Positions 1 to 64,000 of a stretch of DNA of 64,000 bases are shown here, one piece after another. Both the position numbers and the translations under genes were made by a program. Below the pieces are notes generated by a model. The model did not search any database. It saw only the letters and a program-made list of their open reading frames with translations, and was not told the origin of the DNA. Every line of letters begins with the position of its first letter. Position 1 is the stretch's first letter. The DNA lies in NCBI GenBank assembly GCA_964016885.1, contig OZ024761.1, positions 11,160,001-11,224,000 of the forward strand. The letters are read 5' to 3'. The DNA comes from Eledone cirrhosa (lineage: Eukaryota).

Positions 1-32
<32 letters not shown>

Positions 33-1377
33 CAATATGTCAAGAATTCATCTCTTTCCAGTCTTAACCTCTTCTGAATGGAACAGAGACGAGAATAATG
101 AGAATTTCTCAAATTAAAGTTCCAAAAAGGCAGAGTTTATTTATTTACTTCAAGTTTATTCAATTTTGTTATTTTTTTAAATATTTTAATTTTTTTTATT
201 TTTGAGGGAAAAAAAATAATTAAAAAATAAATAAAAAATAAGATTTTTGTTGGTTTTCTTTGGGGGTGAAAAAAAAAAAAAAAAAAAATGTGTATATTAC
301 ACAAACACCCATCCACCCAACTAACATTTCCATACCCTGAGGAAGCACATGACTAGTTTTAGTTAAGTTAATTAGCATAGTTAATTAGTGCTCCACCTAA
401 CATATTTCTTTTTATTTTGACTATTAATCATTTTATTGTACTGCCCCCAAACCCCCCCAAGACTCCCCTCCTTGTACTTCCTGTTTGTGTACAAGACAAG
501 AGTTCCGGCATGTTCTCTTATATTAAACAAAATAAATAATATACAAAAAAAAAAAAATCTTTAGACCCCCCCCCCCCCCCCCCTGCAGTTGTTGTTGTGG
601 TGCTGATGGTGGTGGTTACAGGCCACACCCTGGTTGTAGGCTTAGCTGGCCTTCTACCAGCTTCTCACCCGATAGGTTTCTCAGGTGCATTAAAGACACC
701 ATTACAACCCACACACCCCAATCCTATTAAGAAAAAAAAAATCGAAGTGAAATGAAGTGTCTTTCCCCAAGAACACAACACACTGCCTGGTCAGGAAATT
801 GAACCTTCAACTTCATGATCGTGAGTCTAACACCCTAACCACATAAAAAGAAAGAAAAGTCCTCCTTAAACTTGATAAAACAAGGCTGCCAGACCCAACA
901 AAAAAACAGAACATGGTTAGTTGGTTGGACATGACTTAGTACAAGAGAGTAATGACCTCAAACTGGGTCAGTTTCTTTTGTTTCCTAACTGTTGTTGTTA
1001 CAGCTAATACCTACGTATGTTTAGCTGACCTCCTACAAGGTTGTATCTCATAGGAGGTTTCTCAGCTGTTTTAATGATACAGACCCCAGTCCTATCATGT
1101 TACAGCTAATACCTATATTGGTTAAGCTGGCTTCCTACAAGGCCATAAGTTTCTCATGTGCTTTAATGATAGGGATCCCAGTCCTATCATGTTGTTACAG
1201 CTCCCACCTATGTAGGTTTAGCTGAGGGGAGTATGGGGGGAGTGGAAGAAAAGGAGGGGGAGAATGTGGAGAAGGGTGGGGGAGAGGAATATTATTCTTA
1301 AAGATATAAACCAAAATTAAATAGCTCCAACCATAATTACTGATGGAGAGAAGGAGGGGTTAGAAATGGTTAGAAAT

Positions 1378-2940
1378 GGTTTCTGATATAGGCACAAGGC
1401 CAGCAATTTTGGGGAAGGGGGAAGTCGATTAAATCGATCCCAGTTGCATGACTGGTACTTTATTTTATCGACCCCGTAAGGATAATAGGCAAAGATAACC
1501 TCGGCGGGATTTGAACTCAGATCATAAAGGGCCATAACTCTATGCTAGAAAGCATGGCGTCCGACCCTCTACCGATACTGCCAATCCACTGCCCTCTTAA
1601 ATAATAATAATAATAATAGTAATAATAATAATAATGATTTCTAGTATAGGCACAAGGCCAGTAAATTTTTTTTTTGGGGGGGGGGGGGAGGGGAGTCGAT
1701 TAAATCGACCCCAGTGCGTGACTGGTACTTTATTAATAAAAATAATAATAATATATGACGATGAATTATGACACAGGCAGAATGTCAGAATTGGGGTGTG
1801 GTGGACACGGTGGACAGTCAATTACTTTAACCCTCCCATGACCACCACCTAGTAAACCGACCTAACCCACTCCGACCCTCCACACTGTAAAACTGAAGCC
1901 AACCTTGGCGGGATTTCAACTCGGAACATAACACAACAACTCCAACAAAACTAAACACAAGACATTTTCTTCACCCCCCCCCCCCCCACACTCTGCTGCC
2001 CAAAATAATAACAATAATAATTGTTTCTACAATAGGCACAAGGCCAGCAATTACCCCAGTGTATTACTGGTACTTTATTTTATCGACCCCGGGTAAGGAT
2101 GAAAGGCAAAGTCAACCTCAGCGGCATAACAATAATAATGGTTTTTGATTTAGGCACAAGGCCAGCAATATTTTTGCGAGAGAGGGAAAGTCAATTAAAT
2201 CAGCCCCCAGTGCATTACTGGTACTTTATTTTATCGACCCCCTCCCCCTCCCCACAAGAATGAAAGGTAAAGCTAACCTCAGCGGGATCTGAACTCAGAA
2301 CGTAAAGGGTCGTAACTTTATGCTGCAAAGAATGGTGCCCGACTCTATATAAATTCTGCCAACCCACCACCCTCATAATAATAATAATAGTAAGGGTTTC
2401 TTATATAGGCACAAGGCCAGCAACTTTGAGGGAGGGGAAAGTCGATTAAATAGACCCCAGTACATTACTGGTACTTTATTTTATCGACCCCCCCGTAAGG
2501 ATGAAAGGCAAAGTTAACCTCAGCGGGATTTGAACTCAGATCATAAAGGGACGTAACTCTATGCTGCAAAGTATGGTGCCCGACGCTCTACCGCTTCGGC
2601 CAAACCACCGCCCTTATAATAATAATAATAATAATAATCATAAAAAAAATTAGCAATAAGAACAACCACAACAATTTCTAATTTTAGGCAAAAGGCCGGT
2701 AATTTCTGGAGCATGAGGTCAGTCGACTAAATCAACCACAGTAGATTACTGGTACCCTATCTTACCAACCCTCGGAAGAATAAAAGGCAAAGTTGATAAC
2801 AGGATTGGAACCCAGGACCACCTAAAGAGCTGGAACACACACAGACAGACACACACAGACGCGCGCACACACACACACCCACACACACAGCAAGGCTTCT
2901 TGTCCGGCCCACCGGATAATTCTGCCAATCCACCTCCCAG
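1378..2940 (-). mobile_element. Head-to-tail cluster of SINE family B copies separated by (AAT)n
   Basis: About 6 full or partial copies sharing GGCACAAGGCCAGCAA...CTGGTACTTTATTTTATCGACCCC...GATTTGAACTCAGA; on the minus strand A box TGGCAGTATCGG/TGGCCGAAGCGG and B box GAGTTCAAATC. Confidence 0.8.
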
Positions 2941-3004
2941 GTGATAATTATAATAATAATAATAATAACCAATAATGATGATGATGGTGTTGATGATGAT
3001 AATG

Positions 3005-3047
<43 letters not shown>

Positions 3048-3088
3048 TGATGTTGATTATGATGATGATGATAGTGGCAATGAAAATA

Positions 3089-58113
<55,025 letters not shown>

Positions 58114-60200
58114 TTTGGATATAATATAATTATTTAATATAAGTAATAATGGTGATGATTTCTATAATTATTTTCCTTTTGTTGACTTATGTTAGGTTTC
58201 TTGTGTCTTGTTTTTGTGTTGGGGTTTCTTATTTTGTTTTTTTTTTTGGAGGGAAAAACAAAACTTTTAAGTAACAACTGGAATAAGATTCACAAGTTTG
58301 TTTTTTTTCTCTCCGATCGGCGGCGGTCGGGGGAAATAAAGCTCCAACCACCACCGAAGAAAACTATTAAGAAAGAGAGGAAAGAGGGAGAGAAATAATA
58401 AAAAGAAAGAAACACCCGGCCAAGATGAGACGGCCGCTGTTTCACTTCCTGCTAATAACTTATACTTCGTTGCTAAGGTTTTTGTAGTTTTAGTTATTAT
58501 AATTATTATATATTTTCCCTTTTTTCTCCTCTTGTTTTCTTTTTGGTAGAGTGAGAGAGAAAATGAGATGAAGACGGAGAGAAGGAGTGAGATTGATTGG
58601 GAAAAAAAAAGAAGAAAAAAAATATGTATATATATAAATATATGAGAAAGTATGGTTGTGTTGTGTTGTATATATATACATATATATATGTGTGGAATCC
58701 AGAGAGTTTTCTGTGTATGAAGAGTAAGGAATGAGAGACGAGAGAGTCCTACTCTTCTTCTTCTACTCCTGCTTCTTTTAAAGAGAAAAAAAAAATCAAC
58801 AACAGCTTTGATACGGAGTGAGAGAGAAAGACAGAGAGAGAGAGAACAGTGTAGGTACGATTCTAATTTTTACACTTAATGTCGTTTCGTTTCGTTTGTG
58901 CTCTTTCGTTTCGCCTACCCTCTCTCTTTAACTATTACTATATCTTTCTCTCTCTCTCTATCTCCAACTCTTTTTTTTAATTAACTATCTATTGCTCTGT
59001 CTTTCTATTTAACAATCATATTAAATCTTTTTCTCTTTCTTTCTCCCACTCTCTTCTTTTAATTATCTATTTTTTTAATATATATATATGTATTTATCGA
59101 TCTATATATCTTCCCTACTCTTTCATTGTATCTATCTTTCTATCTCTCTCTCTCTCTCTCCATATCTAACTCTCTTTCTCCACCTCTATCTATATATCTC
59201 TCTCTCTCTTCCTCTATATCTATATATCTCTCTTCCTCTCCCTTTCTATTTCTTTTTACTACAAAGAGGTCAGACGCTGATCGAAATTAAAATGCTAATT
59301 CTTGGTGTTTAAATTACGGTTATAAAGTAATATTTAGGCAATAATTGGGGGGAGGTGTGTATGAGATTAGGAAAAGGAAAAGGTATAAGGGAGGGGGTCT
59401 TCGTCGTAGAGAAAGATAGAGAGAATCTGATTGAGAAAACGGATATTTTCGCATGTGAGGGGAGATCTTTCACTCTCTTTCTCTTTATTTCTTGCTTTCT
59501 CATTTACTCTCCCTCTCTCTCTATTTATCTATCTAGCTACCTATCTTTTTTTCTTTCTTATTCTCTCTATCTTTTTTATTGGCTTCGACCTGTTTCGATT
59601 TTTGGCGACCGATCTCGTCCGGTCGTGTTGTTCGATCACTTTTACATTCTTCGATCTGTCCGATTGTTTTGTTGGGGTTTTTTTCTGTCGATTTCGTACA
59701 GAATGACGGATTTATTACGGAATTTCTTTGGGTGGGGGAATATAATTTGTAGAAAGATATTGTATTTTTATATACAACACATGTCGTAGCAATGCGCCTT
59801 TCCTCTTTTTATTTTACCGGGACAAATCAGTAATCCGTGCCTCAAACGCGTCTTTGCTGTTGATTGGTCAATTTTCTACGTGACTGACAGTTTATGTAAA
59901 TTAACTCGGCGGAAGTCGATGTTTATGGCGGTCAGGGGGGAAGAGCATTTCAGTTTTGTGATTTGTTTTTGTTTACTTATTGGCCGTAGTGGCGATGGTG
60001 GTGGTGAGGAGGGTTGTTGTTTTTCCCACACTTTCTTCCTTTTCCTTTTCGAAAAAAATGAAGAGTTCTATAATTCTTTCATGAGTTACATACCTTTGTT
60101 TTACCCGCGCTATCCCGCCTCCAAGAATTAACTTTAACCCCTTAGCCGACCGGCCGGCCGCTTCGTCTCACATTAACACTTTTTATCGCAATATGAATTA
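58114..60200 (-). promoter_or_regulatory. Probable 5' UTR / promoter region of BAZ1A
   Basis: Immediately upstream of the ATG, depleted of the SINEs and minisatellites seen elsewhere, with local CpG-rich patches (about 58315-58450, 59580-60170), an ETS-like CACTTCCTG near 58443 and ATTGG boxes near 59862 and 59979. TSS not determinable. Confidence 0.4.
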
Positions 60201-61318
60201 ACTGACATTTTTGGACCGTTATTTAAATATTTTCAACTTCTTTATACAGCCTCCTCGATATATTATCATTTTAAATACTATTTCTTCCTTCTTTTTTTTT
60301 GTACTTTCTCTTTCTCTAAATATCATTTCTGCTCTTAATAAAATAATTTTTATTTTTACGAAACAGTTAGAAAGTGATCTTTGGCTCCGTGTTTTAAACT
60401 TAACACACATTCGGCATCATTTCCATTAAATACTATTTTTCTCCCTTTCTGCAATACCCAGATTATTCTTTCCTTTCCTGACAACCTTTACCCTCAAAAT
60501 TAACCCTTATTGGCTGCGGGGTCGGGGAACTTCAATCCTTTATTTGTAGAGTTGACAATAGATCTTTGAATAAAATGAAAATACCTCGTCCGATTCACCG
60601 GATTCATTGCACACACACACATATATATATTTGTATGGTCACGTCTTCATTAAAGATTTATTGCCAATCAGACGATTCCTTGACCAAAAACGAAAAATTC
60701 TCCTTTCCGCTATTTTTCCTTCTCTCTCTCTCGCTTTGTCCTCTATAGCGAAGCTACTTAAGTAAATTACCGTTATATACGCAATCTAATGACACAGCAT
60801 ACACACGGATATATATATACATTCACAGATATATATATTTATTTATATATGTGTGTGTGTGTATACACATATTTCTCATTTGCTATCGAAACAATATAAG
60901 CTTCACCGTCGGGCAAAGAATCCCGATAATGGTATCTACACTACTTTCCTCGAGTATATAGTACTATGGTATTAATGGTTTTAACTAGTAACGTAACGTA
61001 TCATATAGAATTTAATCGATCACGTCTTAGGCCATGCTGGTGCAGAACTTTTAAAATGTAAACACAAACACGAGGAGACCTCTACACGGTCGTTCGATCT
61101 GCTAGAAATAGAAGCCAAATTAATTCACCCTGCCTTTTTTAAAATAAGGAAGAATACCTTACATTATAAATAGAAGTTAGTTTCATATATACCAGAAATA
61201 CGGCCTGGGATACATTTAATGATAGGTTTCACTCGATTGTCGACTGACCTGAGGCTAAACGCTAAACAACGTGTTTGTATGTGTAATACATGTGGGTCTG
61301 TATATGTATGTCTATATG

Positions 61319-61364
<46 letters not shown>

Positions 61365-62120
61365 AGTGTATATATATGTGTGTGTGTTTATATACTTTCA
61401 TTAAGTCATTCCTGTCAAAATCTAATGTTTATGTAGTTTTTCCCTCAAATTAAAAGGAATTCTCTCGGAGAAAATAAACTTCTTTATTTTATTTACTTAC
61501 AAAGAAAAGAAAATTTAATTTAAATATAAAAGTTCGTTTATATTCATAATTTTTGTGATTATAAAGTTATGGGGTTTTTTTTAAATATTTCTCGCCACTA
61601 TAAATTCACTCGTTTCATCCCAATTGTTAATTAAATATAAAAATTTAATCAATTAATTAATTAATAATATAACAATAATGAAAAGTGGTGCAGAATTTTT
61701 TTTCAAATTGACAGAAAAATATATTCAAAATATTCAGAATCTAACTTTTTTTGAAATCCCAAATAAAACAACAATTTAAAAAAAAATTATTTTCCCTTTT
61801 TTTTTTAAAAATAAAATTAATTTATTTCTTCATTTTGCCGCCCAAGAAACTTAACTGAATTCCGCATCATTTCTGATATTCAATAATATATTAGCAGAAT
61901 GCTTCCTTCCATTTTTAACTTGAAGAAAGAAAGAAGCAATCATTTGGGTCGATTTGTAATTTTCTTTTATTTTACATATTTTGTATAAAAATAAAATGTA
62001 TTTGCAGGAAATGTTTTTAATCTTTCGTTTTTCTCATAATCCTTCGTTTTATGTTGGTTTCTTTGAAAAAACTTGCTCCACACACACAATTTCTTTCCAG
62101 AGCGCCGTGGTGTTTCAAAG

Positions 62121-62170
<50 letters not shown>

Positions 62171-64000
62171 GTAGTATAAAACGGTATACACAACCATATA
62201 GAACCCCACACATATTTTTCTTAAAGTCCAGTACTCCAGTACTTATTTTATCGATCTCATTTTGGTATTTGTTTCCAGTAACGTAGCCTTTCGCCAAAAG
62301 AAGATCGATAAAAGAATAAGTACAAGATTTGAAGAAAAAAAACAACAAAGAGGTAGTGGTTGATATTATAGACTAAAACCCCCTTTTGGAAGCTGCCCCA
62401 GCATGACCGCAGTCTAATGGCTGTAACCAGTTAAAGAATATTGTGTGTGTATTGTATATATATTTTGGTGAACGATTCTTAAAATTAATAATAACTTATG
62501 ATTGAAAATCCCCAGCCCTTCAATAAACCCTCGTTGTTTCATCTCAAACTATTTTATTGTCCTTAAATTCCTACTTTCTACATTTTTACCCCCCGACTGG
62601 GAGTTTGCGTTTTGTATCAATTATTTTAAATTTCAATGGCGTAGTTTAATATCTTCACAATGTATTATTGGTTGTGTGAAGATGAAGGGAAGTGGGAACC
62701 CAGTATTATTAAAATGGCAAGTTCTTTATCTTTATTTTACAGCAAAGCAAAGCAAGCAAGCAGTTGAAAGATATTTTAGTTAAAAACATCATACACACCA
62801 TAGAGAGGTGGAAATTAATTTTTATTTAATATACACGAACAGGATTTATTTATTGAAGTTAAATGAAAGGTAGTTGAGTGAAGCAGCCATTCAGTTCAAT
62901 GGTTGTTCAACTGACGAATAATGAGTCACTAGGCCTCGTAATTCTATTCTACTCATTAATGAATTATATAAGAAATACAGTATTGTGTAATGGCAGTTAT
63001 AAGCAGCGATAGGTGTAACTGGAGATTTAATTTAATTCAATATTTCCTATATATCGTCTCCTCTTCATTATTTTTTTTAAAATGACCTTCAGATTTAGAT
63101 TTACTACATATTTCATTCGATTGGATCAAGCAAGCAGGCAAACAATCATGGCTTCTTTAACTATTTGTTTGAAGTTGCCTTGCAAAGATGAGAGCATGGC
63201 TTAGCAGATAAGGTAGTGTTTCTGTACCACTAGAAAGAAAAGAAGCAGGATAACTCGTTGCTTGTTGTTAATGGCTGCTGCTTAAATTTAGCTGACTAAT
63301 TCAGTTCAATGTAGTGTATAAGCTGAACTATTTTGTTGGCCATTATATATGAATGGCAGCCTGATAGCATATGGATAGATCTTATATCTCCAAGGACATC
63401 TTGGTTCTGGAATATACTTTTATGCTTTTAATATATTTTCCCCCAGCACACCATTTTCTTCTTGAACCCAATTTGGTTCTAAGTTGACAAATTAGACAGT
63501 TTCAATGGTATAATATAATATATATATATATACATACACATATAGAGAGAGAAAGTGAGAATCTTTCAAATGTTTTGCATAGTTTATTGTCTCAATATTT
63601 ATATTTTTTTAATAATAGATTCTTCTAAGCAAGACTAAGACTATCTTTTTTCCGTTTCCTATTTTCCATAACCTCTCTATAAACACAATGAAAGTAAAAT
63701 ATGGATATTAAAAATGTTTCTACTATTTTAATGAAAGTCTGCATCTTACAATGTCTGTGTTTTATGGTTCTGGATAAATTCATCTCCAAATATAACACAA
63801 CACATCTACAGATAACACAACTCCAGATACAACACATCTACAACACAACACGCCTACAGATATAACAAATGTACAAATACAACACATCTCCAGATACAAC
63901 ACATCTATGTCTACAGATATAACACATCTACAGATACAATACATCTACAGACAACTACAGATACAAGACAGCTACAGATAACACATCTTCAGATACAACA

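Noticed and set aside
59900-64000. A divergent + strand gene sharing the promoter
   Set aside because: CpG patches are suggestive, but I could not identify any recognisable coding exon or splice chain in this interval.

Overview
AT-rich, microsatellite- and repeat-dense animal genomic DNA. The repeat landscape looks like an octopod cephalopod, but that is inference only. The window holds one complete host gene on the minus strand: a BAZ1A/ACF1 chromatin-remodelling subunit. I reconstructed 22 coding exons from 58113 to 3089, all GT-AG with consistent phases, giving about 4821 nt / 1606 aa with WAC, DDT, WHIM, two PHD fingers and a bromodomain. Its introns carry two tRNA-headed SINE families, non-autonomous Helitrons, Tc1/mariner-type MITEs, a piggyBac remnant nested in a MITE, Penelope-like fragments with minimal hammerhead motifs, and many minisatellites, several seeded from transposon sub-segments. 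The standout is an apparently intact, full-length L1/Tx1-type LINE (22070-27697). It sits inside the tandem-repeat core of a TTAA-flanked piggyBac-type MITE (21111-28642), an architecture that parallels Xenopus Tx1L-in-Tx1D. A SINE with a similar 3' end is inserted in the same orientation at nearly the homologous site of another copy of that MITE, suggesting a linked MITE/minisatellite - LINE - SINE system. Coordinates were counted by hand; repeat boundaries are approximate.
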